A stretch of DNA of 62,447 bases, the filler included, from Candidatus Omnitrophota bacterium (lineage in GTDB: Bacteria; Omnitrophota; Gorgyraeia; Zapsychrales; JBDRMG01): the NCBI GenBank assembly GCA_043812495.1. It is 8 parts of 7 records of this genome, joined end to end, with 100 filler letters (N's around TTAATTAATTAA, not from the genome) between each part and the next. Parts side by side here need not be neighbours in the genome. Positions count along the whole stretch, not along the records: positions 31,239 to 43,785 come from JBDRMG010000014.1; 7 more parts are not named here. One strand, given 5' to 3'. Shown one piece after another: positions 32,691 to 43,267 of this stretch. Positions within the stretch are counted from its first letter, which is position 1. Each line of letters starts with the position of its first letter. A model generated the notes under the pieces. The model did not search any database. It saw nothing but the letters and a program-made list of their open reading frames with translations, and was not told the DNA's origin. Position numbers and translations under genes: made by a program.

Positions 32691-33896
32691 ATGTTTAATA
32701 CGATTCCGGAAATAATCAAAGACCTCCAAGCCGGTCGGATGGTTATTGTTATGGATGATGAGGGGCGCGAAAACGAGGGAGATCTTCTGATCGCTGCCCA
32801 ATTTTGTAAACCGGAAAATATCAACTTCATGGCCACCAAGGCCAGGGGTTTGATTTGCGTTCCCATGGATGAGCAGCGCTTGAGTGAACTTAAACTCAAC
32901 CAAATGGTCGATCAGGCGGATCTTAATCCTGAGCACCAGCGATGCAATACGGCGTGGGCTATTTCCGTTGATGCCGCTCAGGGGATTACGACAGGCATAT
33001 CCGCTTTTGACCGGGCGCATACCGTTAAAGTTCTTATTGATCCGGAAGCAAAACCCCAGAATTTAGTCATCCCGGGACACCTGTTTCCCTTGAAAGCGCG
33101 CAAAGGCGGTGTTTTAGTCAGGGCCGGACATACCGAGGCCTCTGTTGATTTGATGCGCTTGGCTGGCCTTTATCCGGCAGGTGTCATTTGTGAGATTATG
33201 AATGACGACGGAACCATGGCGCGAACGACGGATTTGATCGGATTTTCGCAAAAACATTCCCTCAAAATATGCACGATTGACAGCTTGATCGAATACCGCC
33301 GAAAATATGAGAAGCTCATTGAGCGGGGACCGGAAACGATTTTGCCGACAAAATACGGAACCTTCAAGATGGTGGGATATGTTTCCAAGGTCGATGATTT
33401 GTGTCACGTGGCTTTGCTGATGGGAAAAGTGGACGGGACGGTCCCGGAGCTTGTGCGCGTTCAATCCGAATGTCTGACCGGTGAGGTGTTCGATTCTCTT
33501 CGCTGTGACTGCGGCGAACAATTGCAGAGCTCCTTAAAAATGATTCAGAAGAATGGTTCGGGCATTCTTCTTTACTTGCGACAGGAAGGTCGCGGGATCG
33601 GCCTTGTGAATAAAATGAAAGCCTATCACCTTCAGGACGGCGGCATGGACACCGTGGAAGCCAATGAAGCGCTGGGATTTTTACCTGATTTAAGAACCTA
33701 CGGTATCGGGGCGCAGATCCTCGTGGATCTTGGGGTCAAGCAAATTCGTCTTTTGACGAACAATCCTCGAAAAATCGTTGGCCTTGAAGGGTATGGCTTA
33801 ACCGTTGTTGAGCGTGTCTCGGTCCAGATCCCCCATAATCCTAACAACAAGCATTATCTCAAAGCCAAAAAAGACAAGCTTGGGCATATTTTATAA
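32691..33896 (+). CDS. ribBA: Bifunctional DHBP synthase / GTP cyclohydrolase II
   Basis: [43 protein letters not shown]. Confidence 0.96.
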   Translation: MFNTIPEIIKDLQAGRMVIVMDDEGRENEGDLLIAAQFCKPENINFMATKARGLICVPMDEQRLSELKLNQMVDQADLNPEHQRCNTAWAISVDAAQGITTGISAFDRAHTVKVLIDPEAKPQNLVIPGHLFPLKARKGGVLVRAGHTEASVDLMRLAGLYPAGVICEIMNDDGTMARTTDLIGFSQKHSLKICTIDSLIEYRRKYEKLIERGPETILPTKYGTFKMVGYVSKVDDLCHVALLMGKVDGTVPELVRVQSECLTGEVFDSLRCDCGEQLQSSLKMIQKNGSGILLYLRQEGRGIGLVNKMKAYHLQDGGMDTVEANEALGFLPDLRTYGIGAQILVDLGVKQIRLLTNNPRKIVGLEGYGLTVVERVSVQIPHNPNNKHYLKAKKDKLGHIL

Positions 33897-33936
33897 TTTT
33901 TTTTCGTCACGGACTCACCAGAAATAATAACGGACC

Positions 33937-34398
33937 ATGAAGACTCCACGAACAAAAAATAATACGCGAGGCAAGAAGATTTGCGTCGTTGCTTCCCGGT
34001 TTAATGATTTTATCAGCGAGAAATTATTAGCCGGTTGCTTGGATGAGTTGACCAAGCAAGGCGTCAAGAAAGATCAAATCCTTACGCATTGGGTTCCCGG
34101 ATCCTTTGAGATCCCTGTTGTCGCCTTAAAATGCGCACTGAAGAAATCAACAGTTGCCGTCATTTGCTTGGGTGCGGTGATTCGCGGGGAAACACTTCAT
34201 TTTGAACATATCGCCCGTTGTGCAGCCGACGGGATCAAAGAAGTAGCCTTGTTAACCAAAAAGCCGATTATCTTCGGTGTTTTGACAACCGATACGGTGG
34301 ATCAGGCCGAAAAACGGTGCCAGGTCAAAGGGCCCAATAAAGGCCGTGAGGCTGCACAGGCCGCGCTGGATATGATTGATCTTTTCAAACAACTGTGA
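33937..34398 (+). CDS. ribH: 6,7-dimethyl-8-ribityllumazine synthase
   Basis: SRFN, VPGSFEIP, GAVIRGETLHF, FGVLT. Confidence 0.96.
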   Translation: MKTPRTKNNTRGKKICVVASRFNDFISEKLLAGCLDELTKQGVKKDQILTHWVPGSFEIPVVALKCALKKSTVAVICLGAVIRGETLHFEHIARCAADGIKEVALLTKKPIIFGVLTTDTVDQAEKRCQVKGPNKGREAAQAALDMIDLFKQL

Positions 34399-34532
34399 AG
34401 CTCTGTGGCCTAACGGCCATGGTGTCTTTGCTTAGGGTGTTCCGACATTCCACCTTCTGCGGAAGTCGGAACCCCGACCCAGTCCGCCAAGAATTATGAC
34501 GGACTGGCGTCGGGGTAGAAAGACAGATCCTT

Positions 34533-34952
34533 ATGCGTAAGCGAACGCAGTCCCGGGAATGGGCCTTAAAAGTTCTTTATCAATCCGACATCACGCGAGA
34601 TCCGATCTCAACGGTCAGCGAAACCGTGTTGACCAAGGAAAATATCAGGCTGGAAGAAATTGCGGATTATGCCAAGAACCTTGTTCTGGGTGTCGAGGCC
34701 AAAAGCAAAGAGATCGATCAGAAACTTTCCGTGTATGCAACCAATTGGGAGCTCAAGCGTATGGCGATCATCGATCGCAATATTTTACGCCTGGGAATTT
34801 TCGAACTTTTATTCACTCAAGACATTCCTCCCAAGGTCGCGATCAATGAAGCCATCGAATTGGCCAAGAAATACGGAGATCTCGATTCCAGCAAATTTAT
34901 TAACGGCGTTCTGGACAAAATTCATAAGACAGAACTCAAAAGCGTCTCCTGA
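34533..34952 (+). CDS. nusB: Transcription antitermination factor NusB
   Basis: [36 protein letters not shown]. Confidence 0.96.
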   Translation: MRKRTQSREWALKVLYQSDITRDPISTVSETVLTKENIRLEEIADYAKNLVLGVEAKSKEIDQKLSVYATNWELKRMAIIDRNILRLGIFELLFTQDIPPKVAINEAIELAKKYGDLDSSKFINGVLDKIHKTELKSVS

Positions 34953-34958
34953 TCCATC

Positions 34959-35795
34959 GTGACGAAATTCGCCGATCTTCATATCCACACGCAGTACTCC
35001 GACGGTACATTATCCTGCCAAGATATCATCACCGAATCCCTTCAAGCCGGTCTTGCCTGCATCAGCATTACCGATCATGATTCACTTGATGGCATCAAGC
35101 CGACCATGGCTTTGGCCAAGGAGGTGAATCTCGAAGTGATTTCCGGCATTGAATTATCTTCGGAAATCAATGGTAAGGATATCCATATTCTCGGTTATTT
35201 TATCGATGAGGAGAACCAGGCCCTTCTTCAAACGCTTAAGAAGATTCAGCAAATTCGTATCGAACGCATCAAGAAAATGATTCAGAAACTTAAAGAACTT
35301 GATATCGGTAATATCCATCTTGAAGAAGTTTGTTCTCTGGGCGCTTCTAAGGCTCTTGGCCGTCCGCATTTGGCCGCTTGCTTGGAACAGAAAGGATATG
35401 TCTCATCGATTAAGGAGGCCTTTGATCGTTTTCTAGCTGAGGGAAAACCGGCCTATGTGAAGAAATATAAACAGTCTCCGCAAGAGGCTATCGATTCGAT
35501 TCGTCAGGCCGATGGGCTGGCGGTCTTAGCGCATCCTATGGTCTCTGATGTCGATGATCTGATTCCTGCATTTGTTGAAGCCGGCCTCAAAGGCTTGGAA
35601 ATATTTTATCCCGGTTATCAGGAAAAAACGATACAATATTATGAAGGGCTTGCCCAAAAATACCAGCTGTTGATCACGGGCGGCTCAGATTCTCACGGAA
35701 AGACAAAGAGTCATACGGCGATTGGTTGCGTCAAAATTCCTTATGATTTGGTTGAACGATTAAAGGATCTTTATGCGCGTGAAAAGAGAAAATGA
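34959..35795 (+). CDS. PHP-domain metal-dependent phosphoesterase (TrpH-like)
   Basis: DLHIHTQYSDG, ITDHD, HILGY, LAHP, GGSDSHG. Confidence 0.9.
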   Translation: MTKFADLHIHTQYSDGTLSCQDIITESLQAGLACISITDHDSLDGIKPTMALAKEVNLEVISGIELSSEINGKDIHILGYFIDEENQALLQTLKKIQQIRIERIKKMIQKLKELDIGNIHLEEVCSLGASKALGRPHLAACLEQKGYVSSIKEAFDRFLAEGKPAYVKKYKQSPQEAIDSIRQADGLAVLAHPMVSDVDDLIPAFVEAGLKGLEIFYPGYQEKTIQYYEGLAQKYQLLITGGSDSHGKTKSHTAIGCVKIPYDLVERLKDLYAREKRK

Positions 35796-36891
35796 CCATC
35801 GAGATATTGACTTCATGAAAATGGCCTATGGATTAGCCTTGCGCGCCAAAGGAAGGACTTCTCCCAATCCATTGGTGGGAGCCGTTATCGTCAAACAGAA
35901 TCGCGTGATTTCTATCGGCTATCATCAGCGTTGCGGCGGTGATCACGCGGAAATCATAGCTCTTAAAAAAGCCGGACCCAGAGCCAAAGGCGCCAAACTT
36001 TATGTCACGCTTGAGCCATGCGCTCATTTTGGCCGCACGCCTCCCTGTGCTGATCGCATTATCCAAAGCGGGATCAAGGAAGTGATTGTGGGGATGAAAG
36101 ACCCTAATCCGGTCACTTGCGGCCGATCGTTGCGGAGATTACGGCAGTCGGGCATTAAAGTCAAAGTCGGCTTTCTAAAGCAAGAATTATCCAAGATGAA
36201 TGAAGCGTTCATTAAATATATAAAATATAAAATGCCTTTTGTGGTGGCCAAATGCGCGCAAACCCTTGACGGCAAGGTCGCGACTCGGACAGGTCAGTCC
36301 CGATGGATCACGTCGAGTAAAACAAGAGAGATCAGCCGCCGCCTGCGCAAAGATTTTGATGCCATCGTGGTCGGAGTCAATACCGTGCGCAAGGATAATC
36401 CTTTCTTGAACGCGACAGGTCCATCCAAGCCGATCAAGAAAATAATCATTGATTCGACTCTCGATACGCCGGTGCGTGCCCGGTTGTTTCAGAACACAAG
36501 ACCGCAAGACATTACTCTTTGCGCAACCAAAGAGGCTCGCAAAAACAAATTAAAGACGTTTACCAAGAAGGGCATTAATGTTATGATTTGTCCTGGAGCC
36601 AAGGGGCGGGTTTCTTTGCGCTATGTCTTTCGTGCACTGGCCCAAAGAGAAATAACAAATATTTTGATTGAAGGCGGTTCGCAGATCATCGGTTCCGCTC
36701 TCAAAAAAAAACTGGTTGATAAGATGTGGGTTTTGATCGCTCCAAAGATATTGGGCGATCAAAAGGCTATAAGTTCCGTGAGGGGTTTAAGTCCTTTGCG
36801 CATCGATCAGGCCATCCTGTTAAAGGATTTAGCCTGTTTAAAAATTGATCAAGATTTATGGGTGGAAGCCTATGTTTGCAGGAATCGTTGA
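35773..36891 (+). CDS. ribD: Riboflavin deaminase/reductase
   Basis: TSPNPLVGAV, HAE, LEPCAHFGRTPPC, IEGG; start may be GTG 35779. Confidence 0.95.
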   Translation: MRVKRENDHRDIDFMKMAYGLALRAKGRTSPNPLVGAVIVKQNRVISIGYHQRCGGDHAEIIALKKAGPRAKGAKLYVTLEPCAHFGRTPPCADRIIQSGIKEVIVGMKDPNPVTCGRSLRRLRQSGIKVKVGFLKQELSKMNEAFIKYIKYKMPFVVAKCAQTLDGKVATRTGQSRWITSSKTREISRRLRKDFDAIVVGVNTVRKDNPFLNATGPSKPIKKIIIDSTLDTPVRARLFQNTRPQDITLCATKEARKNKLKTFTKKGINVMICPGAKGRVSLRYVFRALAQREITNILIEGGSQIIGSALKKKLVDKMWVLIAPKILGDQKAISSVRGLSPLRIDQAILLKDLACLKIDQDLWVEAYVCRNR

Positions 36892-37462
36892 AGAATCCGG
36901 ACGCGTTAAGAAAATAGAACGCAAGAAAAACCTTTTTGTTTTGACGATTGAAGCCAAAAAGGTTCATCTGGGCACAGTCATCGGGCAGAGCATAGCCGTC
37001 GACGGTGTTTGCTTGACGGTGACGAAAAAGAGAAACCGTTTTTTGACCTTTGACGTGATGCTAGAGACAATTCGACGTACAACTTTTCAATACTTAAAAG
37101 AAGGCGATCCAGTCAATCTTGAGCGGTCGTTGCGGGCGAACAGCCGTATCGACGGACATTTTGTCCAGGGGCACGTGGAAGGCGTGGGAACCATCGTCAA
37201 AAGAGTCACCGTTCCTAATTATGAAGAATTCCATATTCAAATACCGAAAGGCCTCACCCGTTATGTCGTCGAAAAAGGTTCCGTCTGTGTCGACGGAATC
37301 AGCTTAACGGTGGGCGAGGTGAAGAGAAATGTTTTTCGGATCTATATCATTCCGCACACGCTTAAGATCACGACCCTAGGACGCAAAAAGGCTTCCAGCA
37401 AGGTCAATATCGAGACGGATATTTTAGCTAAATACATTCTGGACAAGAAAGTCAGGCAATGA
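36872..37462 (+). CDS. ribE: Riboflavin synthase alpha chain
   Basis: MFAGIVE N-terminus, DGVCLTV, VNLER, GHFVQGHV. Confidence 0.95.
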   Translation: MFAGIVEESGRVKKIERKKNLFVLTIEAKKVHLGTVIGQSIAVDGVCLTVTKKRNRFLTFDVMLETIRRTTFQYLKEGDPVNLERSLRANSRIDGHFVQGHVEGVGTIVKRVTVPNYEEFHIQIPKGLTRYVVEKGSVCVDGISLTVGEVKRNVFRIYIIPHTLKITTLGRKKASSKVNIETDILAKYILDKKVRQ

Positions 37463-38697
37463 AAAAACGCGTTGTCATTACGGGCCTGGGAATTCTCACA
37501 AGCAACGGAAAAGGCAAAGAGGAATACTGGCAGGCCTTGAGAGACGGCAAGGTCGGCTATAAGCCGGTCACGTTGTTTGATGCCTCAGAATTCCGCGTCA
37601 ACCAAGCCGGTGAAATAAGCGATTTTGACGCCAAGGTCTATATGGGCCTCAAAGGATTGCGGTCGCTCGACAGAAGCACAAAACTGCTTGTCTCAGCTTC
37701 CAAATTGGCGGTTGCCGACAGCCGATTTATCATCACCGAAGAGAACACCAATGATATTGGGGTTTCCGTGGGAACGACGTTGGGCAGTATCAAGAGCATC
37801 AGCGATTTTGATGAAGTGACTTTAAGAGAAGGACCGCGCTACACAAATCCGGCCCTGTTTCCCAATACCGTCATTAACTCACCCGCCAGTCAGGTTTCGA
37901 TCTGGAATAATATCAAAGGTTTTAACACGACGATCTCGACGGGATTTACCGCCAGCATCGATGCGATGAGTTATGCCTATGACTTCTTGCAATATGGGCG
38001 CGCCAAATTGATTTATACGGGAAGTGTCGAAGAGATGTGCCGGCAGACCTTTTTCGGTTTTTATGCTCTTAAGTTTATGTCCGGCTCAAAAGATGGCGAT
38101 GAATTTATTAACTGTCCCTTTGATAAAAGAAGAAACGGGATCACATTCGGCGAAGGGGCGTGTTTGATGGCGATGGAAGATTTTGAGCATGCGAAGAAAA
38201 GAAATGCTCCGATAATGGCTGAAGTTTTGGGATTCGGATACAGTTTTGATCCGTTCCGGATTCATAAATATAATCCGCGGGCAACGGGCTTAAAGAGTTC
38301 TATTGTTTTTGCGCTCGAAAATGCCGAGCTTAAGCCCAAAGACATTGATTATATTTGCGCCAATGCCAATTCAACACCCATGGCCGATAAAGTGGAGACC
38401 TTAGCGATTAAAGAAGTCTTTGGGGAGCAGGCCTACAAAGTTCCCGTCAGTAGCGTCAAATCCATGATTGGGGAATGCTTTAGCGCCTCGGGCGCTTTTG
38501 CGGTGGCCGCGGCGCTAGGGGCGCTCCTTAAAGATTTTATTCCACCGACGGTCAATTACCGGGATAGGGATCCCGATTGTGATCTGGATTATGTTCCCAA
38601 TCAAGCGCGTTCGGCCAAATTGAAGAATATTTTGATTATTACATGCGGACCAAACGGCAGTAATTCCTGCATGATCATCAGGAGGTTTGAAGGATGA
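37459..38697 (+). CDS. Ketosynthase-fold protein lacking the catalytic triad (chain-length-factor-like)
   Basis: FabF-like throughout, but STGFTAS (Cys>Phe), ICANANST (His>Asn), SMIGEC (His>Glu). Confidence 0.85.
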   Translation: MKKRVVITGLGILTSNGKGKEEYWQALRDGKVGYKPVTLFDASEFRVNQAGEISDFDAKVYMGLKGLRSLDRSTKLLVSASKLAVADSRFIITEENTNDIGVSVGTTLGSIKSISDFDEVTLREGPRYTNPALFPNTVINSPASQVSIWNNIKGFNTTISTGFTASIDAMSYAYDFLQYGRAKLIYTGSVEEMCRQTFFGFYALKFMSGSKDGDEFINCPFDKRRNGITFGEGACLMAMEDFEHAKKRNAPIMAEVLGFGYSFDPFRIHKYNPRATGLKSSIVFALENAELKPKDIDYICANANSTPMADKVETLAIKEVFGEQAYKVPVSSVKSMIGECFSASGAFAVAAALGALLKDFIPPTVNYRDRDPDCDLDYVPNQARSAKLKNILIITCGPNGSNSCMIIRRFEG

Positions 38698-39443
38698 AAT
38701 TTTTACAAGGCAAAGTCGCGCTTGTCACAGGAGGTTCACGCGGAATTGGAAAGGCCATTGTCCTTATGCTCGCCCACCAAGGTTGTGACGTGGCCTTCAG
38801 TTTTCAGAAAAGCAAAGACGCGGCCTTGGTTTTGGAAAAGGAAATAAAAAGTTGCGGCGTTAGAGGGAAAGCCAGTTGCGTGGATGTGACCGATTTTGAT
38901 CAAGTCAAGATATGGATCGAGGAAACAAAAAATAAATTTGGACAGCTGGATATTTTGATCAACAATGCCGGCATCTTGGCGGATAAAGCCCTGATGATGA
39001 TGGAACAAAAAGACTGGCAAAGTGTGATCGATACGAATTTAAACGGTTTGTTTAACGTGACGCGTTCTTGCATCGTGACATTCCTCAAGCAAAAAAGCGG
39101 CCAGGTCATCAATATATCATCCGTGAGCGGCATCGTGGGCTTGCCTCGCCAGACCAATTATTCCGCGTCCAAAGGCGGTATGATCGCATTTACAAAAGCT
39201 TTGGCCAAGGAAGTAGCGGGTTATGGTATTCAGGTCAATGCCATTGCGCCCGGATTTATCGAAACCGATATGCTCAAGGGTCTCACACAAGAGCAAAAAA
39301 CAAAAATCCTTGAATCGATTCCCCTGGCAAGAATCGGCGCTCCTGAGGATGTGGCGAATTGTGTTAAATTTCTATTAAGCCAGCAAGCAAAATACATAAC
39401 CGGTCAAGTTGTCCAAGTGGACGGAGGACTGGCAATCCGTTAG
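38694..39443 (+). CDS. fabG: 3-oxoacyl-ACP reductase
   Basis: TGGSRGIG, NNAG, YSASK, PGFIETDM. Confidence 0.93.
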   Translation: MKFLQGKVALVTGGSRGIGKAIVLMLAHQGCDVAFSFQKSKDAALVLEKEIKSCGVRGKASCVDVTDFDQVKIWIEETKNKFGQLDILINNAGILADKALMMMEQKDWQSVIDTNLNGLFNVTRSCIVTFLKQKSGQVINISSVSGIVGLPRQTNYSASKGGMIAFTKALAKEVAGYGIQVNAIAPGFIETDMLKGLTQEQKTKILESIPLARIGAPEDVANCVKFLLSQQAKYITGQVVQVDGGLAIR

Positions 39444-39476
39444 GAGTCGAAATATTATGTTTGTATTTGTTTAATA

Positions 39477-39547
39477 CCCCCACACCAATTATCTCATCAT
39501 TGGTGTGGGGGTCAATTCGCCCGCCATTGAATCAGTGGCGGGCTCAT
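39477..39547 (+). repeat. Hairpin-CAATTC-hairpin-TCAT element
   Basis: CCCCCACACCAAT..ATTGGTGTGGGGG, TCAATTC, GCCCGCC..GGCGGGC, TCAT. Confidence 0.75.
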
Positions 39548-39566
39548 TGAAAGGAGAGCCCCTATT

Positions 39567-40001
39567 ATGCAATTAGATATTGAACAAATTAAGAACGTCA
39601 TCCCGCATCGTTTTCCTTTTTTAATGATCGATCGCGTCTTAGACGTTGTGCCCAACGAAAAACTCATTGCGATTAAGAATGTTTCCACCAATGAACATTA
39701 TTTTGTGGGGCATTTCCCGCAAGAGAAAGTCATGCCCGGCGTATTGATCACAGAAGCCATGGCCCAGGCCGGCTGCATCTATTTTTATTACAGCAAAAAT
39801 TTGCAGGGTAAGAAATTGATTTACTATCTCGGAAAAGTGACCGTTAGATTTATGGCCCCGGTTGTCCCTGGCGATCAGCTGAGAATCGAGGTTACAACAG
39901 GAAAGTTTTTGCCCAAAGTAGGAATTCTCAAAACAAAGGCCTTTGTCGAAGACAAAACCGTTGCCGAAGCAGAAATTGTTTTTAGCACAAAGGAAGTTTA
40001 A
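39567..40001 (+). CDS. fabZ: 3-hydroxyacyl-ACP dehydratase
   Basis: IPHRFPFLMIDR, GHFP..MPGVLITEAMAQ, VVPGDQL. Confidence 0.93.
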   Translation: MQLDIEQIKNVIPHRFPFLMIDRVLDVVPNEKLIAIKNVSTNEHYFVGHFPQEKVMPGVLITEAMAQAGCIYFYYSKNLQGKKLIYYLGKVTVRFMAPVVPGDQLRIEVTTGKFLPKVGILKTKAFVEDKTVAEAEIVFSTKEV

Positions 40002-40269
40002 CTCCCGCCGCAATAAAAACTCGCATCTTTGACAATCATAGCCAAAAGATTGACGCATTCAGCGACCCCGCCGTTTGCATTCTGAAAGAATGCGGCGGGG
40101 TCGCTCTCAGCGTCAACCCTGAGGGAGGAAAAATAGAAAATCCCACCCTTTTGACTTTAACCAAAAGGGTGGGACTATTGAGGCATTCCGAAAGATTGAC
40201 GAATAAAGGCATAAGTGATAAACTACACTCCAGTTATTGTTAACTACGGTTGTACAAATATTGTTATTT

Positions 40270-40513
40270 CCCCGTGCCGAAAATCGGCACGGGATAAATT
40301 CGCGCAATGAACTTACGTTCCTCTAAATGACTTCACAACTTAGCGAGTGTTAACGAAGCTAAGTTGTGTGACGGAATTTACTCCGCACCTTTGAGACATA
40401 TCAAATCAATTTGCTAAAGGTGCGGAGCTAATTCGTGCAGTCACTTATGTTCATTCACTTCGTTCATTCCATAAGTGACGCACTCATGAGTCGTCCGTAA
40501 GTTCAGTGCTCAT
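40270..40513. repeat. Nested AATTC..TCAT hairpin elements upstream of the tRNA
   Basis: Outer GAACTTACG..CGTAAGTTC stem encloses an inverted copy and an inner GTCACTTATG..CATAAGTGAC copy. Confidence 0.7.
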
Positions 40514-40516
40514 TTA

Positions 40517-40591
40517 CGGGGCGTAGCGCAGCTTGGCTAGCGCGCAACGTTCGGGACGTTGAGGTCATGGGTTCGAATCCCATCGCCCCGA
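40517..40591 (+). tRNA. tRNA-Pro (CGG)
   Basis: Acceptor CGGGGCG/CGCCCCG, anticodon arm CAACG-TTCGGGA-CGTTG, T-arm ATGGG-TTCGAAT-CCCAT; CCA not encoded. Confidence 0.95.
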
Positions 40592-40639
40592 TCAGGCTAT
40601 TAATCAATATCTGCTTAAAGAATGAATTTTAGAAAAAGA

Positions 40640-40858
40640 CGCAGCTTGACCGCCATTGATTCGTTGGCGGTCTTGACCGCCATTGGTTCATTGGCGGTCA
40701 TCCGCCGACGAATTAGTGGCGGATGGCTAGCGCGCAACGTTCGGGACGTTGAGGTCATGGGTTTCCGCCACGTCAAAATGACGGAGTCATTTTGACGGGC
40801 GAGATCTCGGCTTATTCCGCCGAAGGCGGAACAAGCCGGACAAATCCCATCGCTCCGA
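40640..40858 (+). pseudogene. Second tRNA-Pro(CGG) copy interrupted by palindromes in the D- and T-loops
   Basis: CGCAGCTTG [3 hairpins] GGCTAGCGCGCAACGTTCGGGACGTTGAGGTCATGGGTT [2 hairpins] AATCCCATCGCTCCGA. Confidence 0.8.
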
Positions 40859-40907
40859 TTTTGATTCCAAGGTTTGCTAAGGTTGTCTTCTTTTGCCAAC
40901 AATCAAG

Positions 40908-41195
40908 ATGAATAAAGAACTCAAGAGAAAGCAAGCCCGTTTTATTTATACAGGCAGGGTTCAGGGTGTTGGTTTTCGCTTCACGGTACAGCGCATCGCT
41001 TCAGATCTCAACCTCGTGGGTTGGGTAAGAAATTTGCCTGATGGCCGCGTTGAAGCACTTGTCGAAGGTGAAGAAAAGTCTCTTGAGGAATTCATCGGGC
41101 GAATCGATAATCAATTTCAGGGATATATCAGGAAAAAAGACATTGTCTTCCAAGACCCGAAGGGGAAATACTCCTCTTTTGAAATCAATTTTTAG
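40908..41195 (+). CDS. acyP: Acylphosphatase
   Basis: [21 protein letters not shown]. Confidence 0.93.
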   Translation: MNKELKRKQARFIYTGRVQGVGFRFTVQRIASDLNLVGWVRNLPDGRVEALVEGEEKSLEEFIGRIDNQFQGYIRKKDIVFQDPKGKYSSFEINF

Positions 41196-41333
41196 AACCG
41201 TAAAATTCAGAATCCATGACATGCAAAAGGAATCAAGGCAGTATGTATTTTGAGACAGCGGCTATTGGCGTTATTGTGCTTCTTGCGGCTTTAGCTCTTC
41301 TGTAATTGATAATTTTGCAATAAAGTATTTTTT

Positions 41334-42059
41334 ATGCGCTACGGAATCTTTTCAGATATTCACGGTAATCTTCAGGCCTTGGAGGTTATCGTGCGTGCTT
41401 TAAAAAAAGAGCACATTGATCGCTATCTGTGCGTGGGCGATATCATCGGCTATGGAGCGAATCCCCAAGAGTGCATTAAGGCTGTTGTGAATCTCAAGGC
41501 CGCGTGTGTTGCCGGAAATCATGATTGGGCGATACTGAGTAAGGTCGATATCCAATATTTTAATCCCATGGCGGCGGAGGCTGTTTATTGGACGCGGGAA
41601 AACACGACAAAAGAAAATAAAGATTTTTTGGAAAATTTAGAATTAGTCTACAAAGACGAACAGCTCATGGCGGTACACGGAACGTTAAGTGAACCCGAAT
41701 ATTTCGATTATTTAATGGACCGTCGATTAGCGCGGGAGACGTTTACGCTCATGGACCGCGCAATTTGTTTTGTCGGGCATTCGCATATTCCGGGTATTTT
41801 TGTTCAGAAGCAAGAATTGATTGCTTATGCCTCTGTCGTTGATATCACGCTAGAGGAGGGATGTCGGTATATTGTCAATACGGGCAGTGTCGGCCAGCCG
41901 CGCGACGGGAGCCCCATGGCCGCTTATTGCGTGTTTGACTCCGTAAAAAAAAACGTGTGCGTCAAAAGGGTTAATTATGATATTGAAGAAGCCCAAAGGC
42001 GAATTCTTTTGGCCGGTTTACCGCCGTATCTAGCCAGCCGACTCTCCTTTGGTCGGTAA
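41334..42059 (+). CDS. Metallophosphoesterase
   Basis: SDIHGN, GDIIGYG, GNHD, GHSH, NTGSVGQPRDG. Confidence 0.92.
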   Translation: MRYGIFSDIHGNLQALEVIVRALKKEHIDRYLCVGDIIGYGANPQECIKAVVNLKAACVAGNHDWAILSKVDIQYFNPMAAEAVYWTRENTTKENKDFLENLELVYKDEQLMAVHGTLSEPEYFDYLMDRRLARETFTLMDRAICFVGHSHIPGIFVQKQELIAYASVVDITLEEGCRYIVNTGSVGQPRDGSPMAAYCVFDSVKKNVCVKRVNYDIEEAQRRILLAGLPPYLASRLSFGR

Positions 42060-42265
42060 ACAAGAAGGGAATAGTATTCTTATATTTGATTGATCCCCGC
42101 CCATCAAAATGGTCAAACAATTTTGATGGGCGGGGTTAATTCAGCCAGTGACTTACGCTCCTTTTCAAGTCGCGTAAGTCACCCCATTTTTGTCCCCCAG
42201 GCGAAATAGGGGAAAATAAAGTTAATTTTGATGCAAATTTATGCAAAAAGGATAATTTTTCAGTA

Positions 42266-42564
42266 ATGGCCGAAAATGAGATTTTACAACTGTCCTTCCT
42301 GCCACAAACCACTTGGGGCGATAAAATCCTCAACTGTTTCTCCGATGAAATGCGGAATTCTTATAAGAATGGTTTAGCTCGGGAATTAATGCTTTCAATC
42401 ACTCAAAAGATGGAGTTGTTTTTACATATTATTCCCAAATTAAATCATTACGCTGAGAAGATGAAAAATGTCATAAAAAATGATTCTAAAAATATTGAAG
42501 AATGTCTTTTGCGAGAATTTGCATACTCTGGAATTGAAGATGAACTAAGAATTGCTTTTATGAG
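42266..42564 (+). pseudogene. AT-rich hypothetical gene truncated by IS630
   Basis: ORF runs into the IS630 terminal repeat at 42565. Confidence 0.45.
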
Positions 42565-42571
42565 TACTACC

Positions 42572-43267
42572 CTAACAACATTGAATTTGCGGATAGAGAC
42601 GCTTTAGTTTGATGCGAGCATCATCAGTTGTAAATTGCCAATCAACAGATTTTTGTCTGGCATTGCGATCTCTTTCCCAACATTTGGTTTCATGCTTCAA
42701 TGTTTGTAGATCAGGAACGCGTCTCTTCAAACATTGATTTGTTAAGACGCTGAGCTCAATCTCAGCTATATTTAACCAACTGCCATGTTTAGGCGTATAA
42801 TGAATCTCAAGACGCTCAGCCAATCGACGAGCTTCTTGTGGTTCAAAAGCTTCATAAAGAGAAGCAATTTTATGAGTATTCAAATTATCACAAACAAGTC
42901 GAATTTTTTTCACATGGGCATAGTCAACATCCAACAATTCTTTAATCTCTTGCGCCCAGTCAATCATAGTTTTGCGTTCTCGGATGTTAACCTTTCGCCA
43001 GCTTCCCAAAGGCTCTGTAAACATGAAATTGACCGCTGTCCCATTGCGTTCATATTTGTAATCGTATTTGCGTGGTTGCCCCGGCTTAAGCGGCAACGGA
43101 TCTTTTATTTCTTTAATCAATTGCAAAGGTTGTTCATCCATACATACCATCGGAATTTCTGGATCATACGCCAAACAATCCAAGGACAAAATGTCTTCCA
43201 TGTTGGCAACAAACTCCGCATTTTTCTCAGGCGGTATGCGCCAGCATTTCTCCAAATGCGGTTTCAA
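42572..43267 (-). CDS. IS630 transposase DDE part (orfB)
   Basis: VCMDE, LVCDNLNTH, PKHGSWLNIAE. Confidence 0.92.
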   Translation of the reverse strand: MKPHLEKCWRIPPEKNAEFVANMEDILSLDCLAYDPEIPMVCMDEQPLQLIKEIKDPLPLKPGQPRKYDYKYERNGTAVNFMFTEPLGSWRKVNIRERKTMIDWAQEIKELLDVDYAHVKKIRLVCDNLNTHKIASLYEAFEPQEARRLAERLEIHYTPKHGSWLNIAEIELSVLTNQCLKRRVPDLQTLKHETKCWERDRNARQKSVDWQFTTDDARIKLKRLYPQIQCC

